Positions 27,509 to 36,473 of a DNA stretch of 41,175 bases are shown in pieces. The stretch spans positions 1 to 41,175 of the forward strand of contig WBXJ01000001.1 in the NCBI GenBank assembly GCA_008933045.1, given 5' to 3'. Position numbers and translations under genes: made by a program. The stretch comes from Verrucomicrobiota bacterium. Its GTDB lineage: Bacteria; Verrucomicrobiota; Verrucomicrobiia; Limisphaerales; SXQI01. Below the pieces are notes generated by a model. That model ran no database searches. It had not been told where the DNA came from and worked only from the letters and a program-made list of their open reading frames with translations. Position 1 is the stretch's first letter. Each line of letters begins with the position of its first letter.

Positions 27509-28864
27509 ATGGTCACCGATCCTCAACCAACCCTCCTCTGGCACGCTCTCATCGCGGTCGTGGGCCTGATCCTGCTGATCGCGCGTGCGAAGGTGCATGC
27601 ATTCCTAGCCTTGATTCTGGCCGCGCTCTACGTGGGACTTGTCTCTGGTTTGCCCTTGCCCGATATCGCAAAGGCTTTTGCTGATGGCGTCGGTGCCATC
27701 TTAGGTTCCATCGCAATGGTGGTCGGATTGGGTGCGGTTCTGGGAAAATTGCTCGAAGCGTCTGGTGGTGCAACAGTTGTGGCGCAAACGATCCTCAAGG
27801 CGTTTGGAGAGAAACATTTGGGTTTAGCCATGATGGTCATCGGGCTGACTGTGGGTCTCCCCGTTTTTTTCGGAGTGGGTGTTGTCCTATTGATGCCCAT
27901 CGCGCTCGCCCTAGCCCGAAGTTCGGGGGTCTCCTTGTTATCAATTGCTCTGCCCATGGTCGCGGGACTTTCGGTAGCTCATGCATTAATTCCGCCACAC
28001 CCGGGTGCTCTGGCTGCAATGGATATTTTAAAGGCGGACCCCGGTCGAACGATCCTTTACGCATTTCTCGCAGGCATTCCGGCGGCCCTGTTGGCTGGGC
28101 CTGTATTTGGGGGTTGGATCGCTCGAAGGCTTCCTGCGCCCGAGTTAAATGCTGAAAACTTGGAGGTCAACCCGCAGTCCGATCGTAGCAAACCCAGTTT
28201 CAGAGTGACACTCCTCACGATCACGCTTCCCATCCTGTTGATGGTGCTCGCGACTGTTGCTGATTTAACCCTGCCTAAGACATCACCAACTCGTGCGGTA
28301 GTCGATTTTCTCGGTGCTCCCATTGTTGCGTTGGCCGCTGCAGTAATTCTCGCCTTCTGGACTTTGGGGTTTATGCGGGGTTTTTCGAGGGATCAATTAT
28401 TAAAGCTCAGCGAGAGTTCATTAGGCCCCACGGCGAGTATCCTTCTCGTCGTTGGAGCTGGGGGAGGGTTTAATAAAGTGCTCTTAAGCAGTGGGGTTGG
28501 TACTCTTTTTGCCCACACCGCAGGCCAATGGGCCATCTCACCATTGATCCTCGGCTGGGTTTTAGCCGGTCTCATTCGGGTAGCCACAGGAAGTGCCACC
28601 GTTGCAATCACGGCAGCGGCAGGTTTCGTCGCACCGTTGCTGGCCCAATCACCCACCACAAGCCCTGAACTTTTAGTCGTTTCAATGGGCGCGGGCTCTG
28701 TCATCTTCTCGCACCTGAACGACGGTGGATTCTGGTTCGTCAAAGAATACCTTCGCATTTCGGTTCCTGACACCCTGAAGAGTTGGACGGTGCTCGAGAC
28801 GATCATCGCTGTGGTGGTGCTTTTAATGTGCTTAGGGTTGGACGCATTGCGCAGCTTCTATTGA
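27509..28864 (+). CDS. GntP-family (gluconate:H+ symporter family) permease
   Basis: 451-aa polytopic ORF. It is alignable by eye to E. coli GntT/DsdX-type N-termini (HAFLALILAALYVGLVSGLPL...GSIAMVVGLGAVLGKLLEASGGA...VHALIPPHPGALAA). Confidence 0.92.
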   Translation: MVTDPQPTLLWHALIAVVGLILLIARAKVHAFLALILAALYVGLVSGLPLPDIAKAFADGVGAILGSIAMVVGLGAVLGKLLEASGGATVVAQTILKAFGEKHLGLAMMVIGLTVGLPVFFGVGVVLLMPIALALARSSGVSLLSIALPMVAGLSVAHALIPPHPGALAAMDILKADPGRTILYAFLAGIPAALLAGPVFGGWIARRLPAPELNAENLEVNPQSDRSKPSFRVTLLTITLPILLMVLATVADLTLPKTSPTRAVVDFLGAPIVALAAAVILAFWTLGFMRGFSRDQLLKLSESSLGPTASILLVVGAGGGFNKVLLSSGVGTLFAHTAGQWAISPLILGWVLAGLIRVATGSATVAITAAAGFVAPLLAQSPTTSPELLVVSMGAGSVIFSHLNDGGFWFVKEYLRISVPDTLKSWTVLETIIAVVVLLMCLGLDALRSFY

Positions 28865-28908
28865 CGAATTCCGTTCTTCGGTAAAACATCCTTCGACGAA
28901 TCGAATCT

Positions 28909-29973
28909 ATGCTGATATTTGACGCTCATCTTGATTTGGCGATGAACGCCATGGAATGGAACCGTGACCTAACGCGGCCCATAATAGAGATTCGCGCCCG
29001 AGAATCAGGAATGACCGATAAACCTGACCGGACCAACGGCGTGGTCAACTTCGAGGAGATGCGTAAAGGGAATATCGGTTTGTGCGTGGCGACGCTCATT
29101 GCACGTTACGTTAAGCCCTCAAACCAGCTCAAGGGATGGCACTCACCCGCTCAGGCTTGGTCTCAAACGCAGGGCCAACTCGCGTGGTATCGCATGATGG
29201 AGGAGTTGGGGCAAATGGTGCAGATCAGAAATGGTGACCAGCTCACGAGCCATCTCAAACTTTGGGAACACCCCACGGAAAGCACCCCGATTGGTTATAT
29301 TTTGAGCCTTGAAGGTGCAGATTCGATCCTGAGTCCTCAACATCTGGAGTCGGCTTTTGCTCAAGGTTTACGTGCAGTAGGCCCCGCTCACTATGGTCCA
29401 GGTACCTACGCGCAAGGAACGGATGCAACGGGTGGACTTGGGCCGCAGGGAAAGGAACTGCTTACCGAGATGCAGCGACTTGGGATCATTCTCGACGCCA
29501 CGCACTTGTGTGATGACAGCTTTTGGGAAGCGATCAAAATCTTTGATGGACCTGTTTGGGCCAGCCATCAAAACTGTCGCAAATTGGTGGCGCACAATCG
29601 ACAATTCTCCGACGAACAGATCAAGGTTTTAATTGAACGAAACTCAGTCTTGGGTGCGCCACTCGACGCTTGGATGATGGCACCGAATTGGAAACGTGGT
29701 CAAACCACCCCCGAGTCGGCAGGTGTCACTTTCTCAACAATGATCGACCATATTGACCACATCTGCCAACTTGCAGGAAATGCAAATCATGTCGGTATTG
29801 GTACTGATTTAGATGGGGCCTTCGGCAAGGAGCAAACCGTCAGCGACCTCGAAACAATCGCCGATCTAGCCAAACTTCCAGCACTTTTCAAACAGCGAGG
29901 CTACACCGAGGCCGACGTGAACAACATTATGCACGGCAACTTCTTGAGGTTTCTACGGTCTACTTGGAAATAA
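28909..29973 (+). CDS. Peptidase M19 (renal-dipeptidase-like) family metallo-amidohydrolase
   Basis: 354-aa ORF. Metal-ligand pattern FDAHLDL (HxD), LSLEGADS (Glu), LDATHL, and WASHQNCRKLVAHNRQFSDEQIKVL. Also DHIDHICQLAGNANHVGIGTDLDG. Confidence 0.88.
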   Translation: MLIFDAHLDLAMNAMEWNRDLTRPIIEIRARESGMTDKPDRTNGVVNFEEMRKGNIGLCVATLIARYVKPSNQLKGWHSPAQAWSQTQGQLAWYRMMEELGQMVQIRNGDQLTSHLKLWEHPTESTPIGYILSLEGADSILSPQHLESAFAQGLRAVGPAHYGPGTYAQGTDATGGLGPQGKELLTEMQRLGIILDATHLCDDSFWEAIKIFDGPVWASHQNCRKLVAHNRQFSDEQIKVLIERNSVLGAPLDAWMMAPNWKRGQTTPESAGVTFSTMIDHIDHICQLAGNANHVGIGTDLDGAFGKEQTVSDLETIADLAKLPALFKQRGYTEADVNNIMHGNFLRFLRSTWK

Positions 29974-29978
29974 AAAGT

Positions 29979-31607
29979 ATGCGTTTTCATGGGTTTATTT
30001 TTTACCTGCTCTGGACGTTTTCCCTACTCGCCAGAGCACAGTCTACGGAATTCTTGGCACTGTTTAATCAAGGCAAGACGATTTATTTCCAGCAGTGTTT
30101 TGTCTGCCACCAAATGAACGGGCAGGGGATCACCAACACTTATCCTCCCCTCGCGAAGTCAGACTTTCTCAGCACTGACAAAAAGAGATCCATCCGGATT
30201 CTTTGCGAAGGGCAGACTGGTCCGATTACGGTCAACGGCAAACAGTACGATGGCACCATGCCCGCGATGGTTCTACGAGATGGGGAAGTCGCTGCGGTCC
30301 TCACCTACGTACACAACGCTTGGGGAAACTCGAATGGGATCGTCACGGTGAACGAGGTTCAGGAAGTACGTAAGCAAACAGCTTATCCGACTTACGAACT
30401 TTTGGCTGCGGTAAATGCCTACCCGCCACTTCCAAAGCCGCCGGCGGGATTCAAGCTTCGTGAGGTTGCTCGACTTCCCATGAACGGTGTCCGCTTAGCG
30501 AGCGATGGGAAAGGGAAAAATCTCTTTGTTCTATCGGGTTCTGGTGATGTTCACCGTGTCGAGATCGCAACGGGGCAAGTGCGCCCAGTAGTTTTTTCTC
30601 GTGATTATTTGGTTAAAAATGTCGGAGACCAAGGTGGACCTGTCATGGTGACTGGAATGACCTTAGACAAGGAATATCGACTTTATACGGTCATCAACCA
30701 GCAGAACAATGCCACTCTTCCGGTGCAGAATTTTGTCACTATTTACCGATCCACCGAGTTCAACAAGGTTGGGGATCCTGTGACAATGAAACCTTGGTTC
30801 ACGACGAACTACCCAGGTAATTCATCTTATCTTCATGCTGCAGAGCATATTGGTATTGGACCCGATGGATACGTCTACGTGAGTAACGGAGCACGCACCG
30901 ACGGCAACGAAAGCAACGGCGACACGAACTATTATCAAAAGGGCGAAACAGAGATCACCGCTTGTATTTGGCGTCTCGACCCACGTCATCAGCCCCCTAT
31001 GTTTGAGGTTTATGCGCGAGGAATTCGTAATGTTTATGGATTCACGTGGAGTCCTTTGGGTGAAATGTTTGCGACCGAAAATGGACCCGACGCCCCTGCA
31101 CCCGAGGAGTTGAACCTGATCGAGCAAGGGAAACATTATGGGTTTCCCTACCGCTTTGCTGACTGGACAAAAAAAGCTTACGCCCATACGCCAGAGCCAC
31201 CCGCAGGACTCGAGTTCACCTTGCCCATCCCCAATATGGGACCCGACGGTGGTTTTAGGGGAAGCCCCATCTCATCTTTCGATCCTCATTCGTGCCCGGG
31301 CGGAATCGTCTGGTTGGGAAATGATTTTCCTGAGGCTCATCGAGGAACGATGCTCCTAACCCGCTTCGGAAATTTTATTCGCGAGCCTCGGGACGCGGGC
31401 TTCGATGTTCTCCAGATTCGGCTTAAGAAGAATTCCCAAGCTCTCTATGAAGCCGGAGTTCACAGTTTTCTCGCTCCGCTCGGTCGTCCGATTGATATTC
31501 ACCAAAACGGTCGAGGTCGTGTTTATATTCTCGAGTATTCGCGGCCGACAACTCCCTCATTGTCCTACTCGATGCCGGGGAGGATTATCGAATTATCAGT
31601 AGAATAA
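29979..31607 (+). CDS. Secreted cytochrome c domain fused to PQQ-dependent (sGDH/sorbosone-type) sugar dehydrogenase beta-propeller
   Basis: Signal peptide MRFHGFIFYLLWTFSLLARAQS and heme motif CFVCH with a downstream Met (DGTMPA). Propeller motifs HIGIGPDGYVYVSNG and ARGIRNVYGFTWSPLGEMFATENGPD...NLIEQGKHYGFPY. ATG 29979 is preferred over TTG 29964. Confidence 0.85.
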   Translation: MRFHGFIFYLLWTFSLLARAQSTEFLALFNQGKTIYFQQCFVCHQMNGQGITNTYPPLAKSDFLSTDKKRSIRILCEGQTGPITVNGKQYDGTMPAMVLRDGEVAAVLTYVHNAWGNSNGIVTVNEVQEVRKQTAYPTYELLAAVNAYPPLPKPPAGFKLREVARLPMNGVRLASDGKGKNLFVLSGSGDVHRVEIATGQVRPVVFSRDYLVKNVGDQGGPVMVTGMTLDKEYRLYTVINQQNNATLPVQNFVTIYRSTEFNKVGDPVTMKPWFTTNYPGNSSYLHAAEHIGIGPDGYVYVSNGARTDGNESNGDTNYYQKGETEITACIWRLDPRHQPPMFEVYARGIRNVYGFTWSPLGEMFATENGPDAPAPEELNLIEQGKHYGFPYRFADWTKKAYAHTPEPPAGLEFTLPIPNMGPDGGFRGSPISSFDPHSCPGGIVWLGNDFPEAHRGTMLLTRFGNFIREPRDAGFDVLQIRLKKNSQALYEAGVHSFLAPLGRPIDIHQNGRGRVYILEYSRPTTPSLSYSMPGRIIELSVE

Positions 31608-31621
31608 GGTCAGACTCCCGT

Positions 31622-33070
31622 TTATGCCATTAACTCTCGCACGACGTGGCCGTGGACATCGGTCAGTCGAAAATCACGTCCCGCATGACGAAACGTAAAT
31701 TTTTCATGATCGAAGCCGAGCAAGGCCAACATGGTTGCGTGTAAATCGTGGATATGAACTTTTTTTTCTACAGCTGAAAAACCAAACTCATCCGTCGCAC
31801 CGTGGACATAGCCTCCTTTAGCTCCTCCGCCCGCTAACAGGACAGTGAATCCGTGGTGGTTATGATCTCTGCCATTGATCTTGCCACTGTTGGCACCGGG
31901 TTGAGGAAGCTCGACAGTGGGGGTGCGTCCAAATTCTCCGCCGATCACCACCAGCGTCGAATCCAGCAACCCACGCTGCTTTAAATCCTTCAGCAATGCG
32001 CCAATGCCTTGGTCGCAATCCTTCGCCAATCGTCGATGATTCTCTTCGATGTCATCATGGTTATCCCAAGGTTGGCCGTTCCCAGTCCACAACTGAATAA
32101 ATCGAACCCCACGCTCCACCAATCGCCGCGCAATGAGAAGTTGTCGCGCCTGTGTCCCTTCGCCGTAGAGGTTTCGAATATGTTCCGGTTCGCGGTTGAT
32201 ATCGAAGGCATCGGTTGCATCCATCTGCATCCTGTAAGCTAGCTCGAAGGACTGGATGCGGGATTCCAACTGCGCGTCTTGTTGTCGCTTGGCGCGATGA
32301 CGGGCGTTGAGCTGATGGAGCAAATCGAGTTGAGCCCGCTGTTCCGGCATCGAGGTGTAGTTGTTCCGAATATTTTCGATCAGCTTCTCAATCTTCGTGT
32401 GCTGAGTATCAATGTAAGTCCCCTGATACATTCCAGGAAGGAAACCCGATTGCCAGTTTTGTGATTCTTGAATGGGATAACCGTTAGGACACATCGAGAT
32501 AAACCCAGGCAAATTTTGGTTGTCCGTGCCCAACCCATACGTCACCCACGAACCGAAACTTGGCCTCACCAACCGTGCATCTCCGCAGTTCATCAGCAAC
32601 AGAGAAGGCTCATGATTCGGCACATCCGCATGAGCTGAACGAATTACCGTGATGTCATCAATACACTCTCCAACATGCGGAAAAAGTTCACTGACTTCGA
32701 TTCCACTCTGGCCATATTTTTTAAACTTAAATGGTGAAGGAAAGGCAGCTCCCGTCTTGCGTTCCGTTGGCAAATTCGCCATCGGCAACGCCTTGCCCGC
32801 ATACGTTGCTAGTGAGGGCTTGGGATCAAACGTATCCACATGGGAAGGTCCGCCATTCAAAAAGATGTGGATGACGTGTTTCGCTTTGGCTGGCAAGGGT
32901 GAAGGTTTGGGAGCCATCGAGGAGGTCAACTCACCGGCCAACGAGTTAGCACTCAACGCGTCACCCAAGATTGCGCCCAAGCCAAGGCCAGCCATCCCCA
33001 TCCCGCAATTCCTCAAAAAATCACGCCGAGTGAAGGCCAAGTGGTCAAGATTTAACGTGTGAAATGACAT
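31622..33070 (-). CDS. DUF1501-family (sulfatase-fold) protein with Tat signal
   Basis: RRDFLRNCGMGMAGLGLGAIL twin-arginine signal. KAKHVIHIFLNGGPSHVDTFDPKP and GGEFGRTP...GRDHN are typical DUF1501 motifs. ATG 33070 (MSFHTLNLD...) is preferred over the tracked start at 33112. Confidence 0.9.
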   Translation of the reverse strand: MSFHTLNLDHLAFTRRDFLRNCGMGMAGLGLGAILGDALSANSLAGELTSSMAPKPSPLPAKAKHVIHIFLNGGPSHVDTFDPKPSLATYAGKALPMANLPTERKTGAAFPSPFKFKKYGQSGIEVSELFPHVGECIDDITVIRSAHADVPNHEPSLLLMNCGDARLVRPSFGSWVTYGLGTDNQNLPGFISMCPNGYPIQESQNWQSGFLPGMYQGTYIDTQHTKIEKLIENIRNNYTSMPEQRAQLDLLHQLNARHRAKRQQDAQLESRIQSFELAYRMQMDATDAFDINREPEHIRNLYGEGTQARQLLIARRLVERGVRFIQLWTGNGQPWDNHDDIEENHRRLAKDCDQGIGALLKDLKQRGLLDSTLVVIGGEFGRTPTVELPQPGANSGKINGRDHNHHGFTVLLAGGGAKGGYVHGATDEFGFSAVEKKVHIHDLHATMLALLGFDHEKFTFRHAGRDFRLTDVHGHVVRELMA

Positions 33071-33232
33071 TTGTGTTACGTGTAACAGAACCAACTTTAA
33101 GACGTCCCTCAATTCTCCCTTATTCAGCTATGAAGTCAATGGAACTACGCGAATCGTAAATTCAAAACTAGCGACCGGTTCCAGATAAGAAGAGGAGCTT
33201 GCGAAATCAGGCTCCGATGACAGAGTGATGCA

Positions 33233-34489
33233 ATGCAAGTTGAAATCATCAACACGGGTAGCGAATTAATGCTCGGGTTTGTTGTCAATACACACCAACA
33301 GTGGTTATGTCGGCAGCTTTCGGATTTAGGTTTTAATATCGAACGGCAGGTAGCGGTTCATGACGAGGCTCTTGCTATTCAACAAGCAGTCAGGGAGGCG
33401 ATCCAACGGGCCGAGTTGGTCATTACGACGGGCGGGTTGGGGCCGACGTCGGACGATATCACTCGCGATTTGATCGCCCAACTCTTTGATAAACCTTTAC
33501 GTGAAGATCCAAAAATCGTCGCAGACATCGAGCAGTTTTTTGCTCAGAGGTCTCGTCAGATGCCCGCTAGCACAAGAGTGCAGGCCATGGTTCCCGAGGG
33601 AGGGGTCGTGTTGTGGAATAATCACGGCACCGCGCCCGGTCTAGCGTTACCGACTCCTCGAGGTTGGCTGGTCATGTTGCCGGGGCCACCACGCGAACTA
33701 CGGCCCATGTTCCGAGATCAGTTGGTGCCGAAGTTGGCGCAGTGGTTTTCGACCCCAGTCCCGTTTGTTTGTAAGAGCCTAAAAACTACTGGGTTAGGGG
33801 AGTCCTTTCTCGAGGAACGCATTGCTCCGACGTTAAGCGGTCTTGTGGCTCAGGGATTAGGTGTCGGCTATTGCGCACGTGTGGGCGAGGTCGATGTGCG
33901 GTTCACCGCTCGCGGCGATGATTCGGCGCAACTCGTCGCCGAGGCTGTCGGAGTCGCTCGAGAGTTATTAGGAAGTCATATCTTTTCCGAGACAGAATCA
34001 GATTTAGCTTCCGTGGTGGTTGGGTTGCTGACGAGACAGAACCACACGGTAGCGATCGCAGAATCCTGCACTGGCGGCTATCTGGCTAACCGAATCACGA
34101 ATGTTCCGGGTGCCTCGGCTGTGTTTCAGGCGGGATTAGTCACTTACAGCAACGCGGCAAAAATAGAGTTTCTAGGAGTTCAACCCTCGACCTTGGAGCA
34201 GCATGGGGCTGTGAGCGAGGCCACCGCGTCGGAGATGGCACTCGGTGCCCAACGGCGAACAGGCTCGACTTATGCCCTAGCGTTGACGGGCATTGCGGGA
34301 CCCAGCGGCGGCACTTCCGAAAAACCTGTTGGCACCGTGTTTATCGGATTCGCAACTCCCGAAGGTGTTGTCGTTCACCGTTTCTTGAATGAGTATGATC
34401 GAGAAACTTTTAAATTTTATACCTCCCAGCAAGCCTTAGATATTCTCAGGCGATCCATTTTAAAAGTCGCAGGGATTTCGCTCTCCTGA
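33233..34489 (+). CDS. cinA: CinA-family protein (MoCF-type domain + NMN deamidase PncC domain)
   Basis: 418-aa ORF. IINTGSELMLG...VITTGGLGPTSDDITRD...LPGPPRE, and a C-terminal ESCTGGYLANRITNVPGAS...GIAGPSGG. Confidence 0.92.
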   Translation: MQVEIINTGSELMLGFVVNTHQQWLCRQLSDLGFNIERQVAVHDEALAIQQAVREAIQRAELVITTGGLGPTSDDITRDLIAQLFDKPLREDPKIVADIEQFFAQRSRQMPASTRVQAMVPEGGVVLWNNHGTAPGLALPTPRGWLVMLPGPPRELRPMFRDQLVPKLAQWFSTPVPFVCKSLKTTGLGESFLEERIAPTLSGLVAQGLGVGYCARVGEVDVRFTARGDDSAQLVAEAVGVARELLGSHIFSETESDLASVVVGLLTRQNHTVAIAESCTGGYLANRITNVPGASAVFQAGLVTYSNAAKIEFLGVQPSTLEQHGAVSEATASEMALGAQRRTGSTYALALTGIAGPSGGTSEKPVGTVFIGFATPEGVVVHRFLNEYDRETFKFYTSQQALDILRRSILKVAGISLS

Positions 34490-34499
34490 CGGTTCTCGG

Positions 34500-35369
34500 G
34501 TGCGAGTTGCGACTTGCCGACAGGCTTCGACCCGTTACCTTTGTGGCGTGGAGTGGTTGATTGATCGAAATGTATTTGCGCTCGCCGTTGTCATCTACGG
34601 GGTGAGTTCGATTTATTCAGTGTTTCTTTGGCGCCGAGGGTTTCGCGAGGATAACCGCGTCAGCTATTTTCTTTTGTTGGCTGGGGCGGGTTTTCATACG
34701 ACCGCGATGTTCATGCGGGGCTTTCGTCTCGATCGGTGCCCCGTTAATAATCTGTATGAAGCCATTGCCTTCGTGACTTGGACGATTGTTGCAACCTACC
34801 TAGTCATCGGTATGTGGCGACGGCTCCGCTTTCTCGGTGCTTTCGCTTCACCAATTCTTTGCGCCATTGGGGTGTTTGCCTTGATGCCCGCGTTGGATGT
34901 CCGTGGGACTCAACCCAACTTCAGCAACGGTTGGTCCAGTTTACACGCTGCCCTCATTCTTCTCGCTTACGGAGCGTTCGGTTTGAGTTCAGTCGCGGCA
35001 TTGATGTACCTCACCCAAGACCATGATTTAAAATTTCACAAACTCCGTGCTGTGTTCTCGATGATGCCCCCGATCCAACGACTCGAAAGCGTCGTATTAC
35101 GATCGATGATTCTAGGATTCATTCTTCTAACGATCGGGCTGCTGATGGCACCTTGGCTGCTCTTTGCCTATTTTGGTGTTTATTTCACACCTGAACCCAA
35201 GACTCTCTGGTCCATTTTTGTCTGGGTTCTCTATGCCATCATTCTTGGCATGGCGCGTGGGTCGGCGTTAGGAGGGCGAAAGATTTCGTGGGCGGCCATC
35301 GCAGCTTTTGTTTTTGTGCTCCTGACTTTTTGGGGCTTTAACCTCTTATCCTCGATCCATAACCCTTAG
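34500..35369 (+). CDS. Cytochrome c assembly (CcsA-like) family membrane protein, HemX/YpjD-type
   Basis: Polytopic ORF immediately upstream of hemA, as in Bacillus hemAX. The WWD-like motif is degenerate (FGVYFTPEPKTLWSIFVWVLYAI). The start is uncertain: GTG 34500, GTG 34548 or TTG 34557. Confidence 0.8.
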   Translation: MRVATCRQASTRYLCGVEWLIDRNVFALAVVIYGVSSIYSVFLWRRGFREDNRVSYFLLLAGAGFHTTAMFMRGFRLDRCPVNNLYEAIAFVTWTIVATYLVIGMWRRLRFLGAFASPILCAIGVFALMPALDVRGTQPNFSNGWSSLHAALILLAYGAFGLSSVAALMYLTQDHDLKFHKLRAVFSMMPPIQRLESVVLRSMILGFILLTIGLLMAPWLLFAYFGVYFTPEPKTLWSIFVWVLYAIILGMARGSALGGRKISWAAIAAFVFVLLTFWGFNLLSSIHNP

Positions 35370-35394
35370 CTTCAATTCTCTAGTTTCTGTCACC

Positions 35395-36471
35395 ATGCCG
35401 ATAGTTGTCATAGGACTCAATCATCAGACGGCTCCGATCACAGTGCGGGAGCGTTTCGCCTTCGCCGACTCGTTGGTGCCGGAGACGTTAGCCCGAATGA
35501 AGTCGGAGGGCTTGATTCAAGAAGGGGTGATTCTCTCAACTTGCAACCGTGTCGAGATCTACGCAGCAACAGAGGGCAACCCAGTCGAGGCGGGAAAAAA
35601 GTTAGTCCAGTTTCTGACGAATTTCCACTCTTACGAAGAGGTTCTGACGGATGAGATTTATTCCATCGGCGAGCCGCTAAGTGTGCAGCATCTCTTTAAA
35701 GTCGCTTGTGGGCTTGATTCCATGGTGTTAGGTGAGACAGAGATTCTAGGACAACTCAAGAAAGCCTACGACCTAGCACTGCAACACAAGCACACCGGCC
35801 TGCGGTTGAATAAGGCGTTCCAGCGAGCGTTCAATGTCGCCAAGCAGATCCGCACCGAAACCAATATCCAACGCGGAAACACCTCCGTAGCTTCTGTGGC
35901 AGTCGAGCTTGCTGAAAAGATTTTTAACACACTTCAAGATCGACAGGTCATGGTTGTCGGCGCGGGTGAGACAAGTGAGAAAACCGCACGCGCACTCTTG
36001 GGACGAGGTGCGCGGAGTATTATTGTTTCAAATCGATCGTTCGATCGTGCGGAAGTTTTGGGAAAAGAATTGGGAGGTCGTGCAATCCCTTTTGAGGATT
36101 GGGCTGCTGAGTTCGACCTCATCGACATTGTCATCAGCAGCACGTCCGCGCCCCATTACGTGTTGGATCGTCCTAAACTCGAGTTGTTAATCCGCAACCG
36201 TCGTGGAAGGCCATTATTATTGGTTGATATTGCTGTGCCACGCGACATTGATCCCGAGGTTAACATGTTGGATAACGTCTATCTTTACAATGTTGACGAC
36301 TTACAATCCATCGCCGATGAGAGCCTCAAACAACGGCAGGATGAAATCAAAAAATGCCTCGCAATTATTGAAAGTAAATCTAAAGCATTTCTGCAAGTAG
36401 GACGATTTCAGCGACAATTCGATCCGTTTCCATTGATTACTTTTAACCCATTACTTTCCCCTCGCGCCTGA
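35395..36471 (+). CDS. hemA: Glutamyl-tRNA reductase (short C-terminus)
   Basis: IGLNHQTAPITVRERFAF, STCNRVEIY (catalytic Cys), GLDSMVLGETEILGQLK, and NADPH fold VMVVGAGETSEKTA. 358 aa. Confidence 0.93.
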   Translation: MPIVVIGLNHQTAPITVRERFAFADSLVPETLARMKSEGLIQEGVILSTCNRVEIYAATEGNPVEAGKKLVQFLTNFHSYEEVLTDEIYSIGEPLSVQHLFKVACGLDSMVLGETEILGQLKKAYDLALQHKHTGLRLNKAFQRAFNVAKQIRTETNIQRGNTSVASVAVELAEKIFNTLQDRQVMVVGAGETSEKTARALLGRGARSIIVSNRSFDRAEVLGKELGGRAIPFEDWAAEFDLIDIVISSTSAPHYVLDRPKLELLIRNRRGRPLLLVDIAVPRDIDPEVNMLDNVYLYNVDDLQSIADESLKQRQDEIKKCLAIIESKSKAFLQVGRFQRQFDPFPLITFNPLLSPRA

Positions 36472-36473
36472 CC

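Noticed and set aside
27549-28323. Several 74-109-aa minus-strand ORFs inside the GntP gene
   Set aside because: They are antisense shadows of a GC-rich membrane-protein gene. The plus-strand frame has clear GntP homology.
36203-36471. Short HemA C-terminus as a frameshifted pseudogene
   Set aside because: The other frames in this stretch (e.g. the 65-aa ORF at 36203-36400) show no HemA-like sequence. In addition, hemC starts 3 nt after the stop in a normal operon arrangement.
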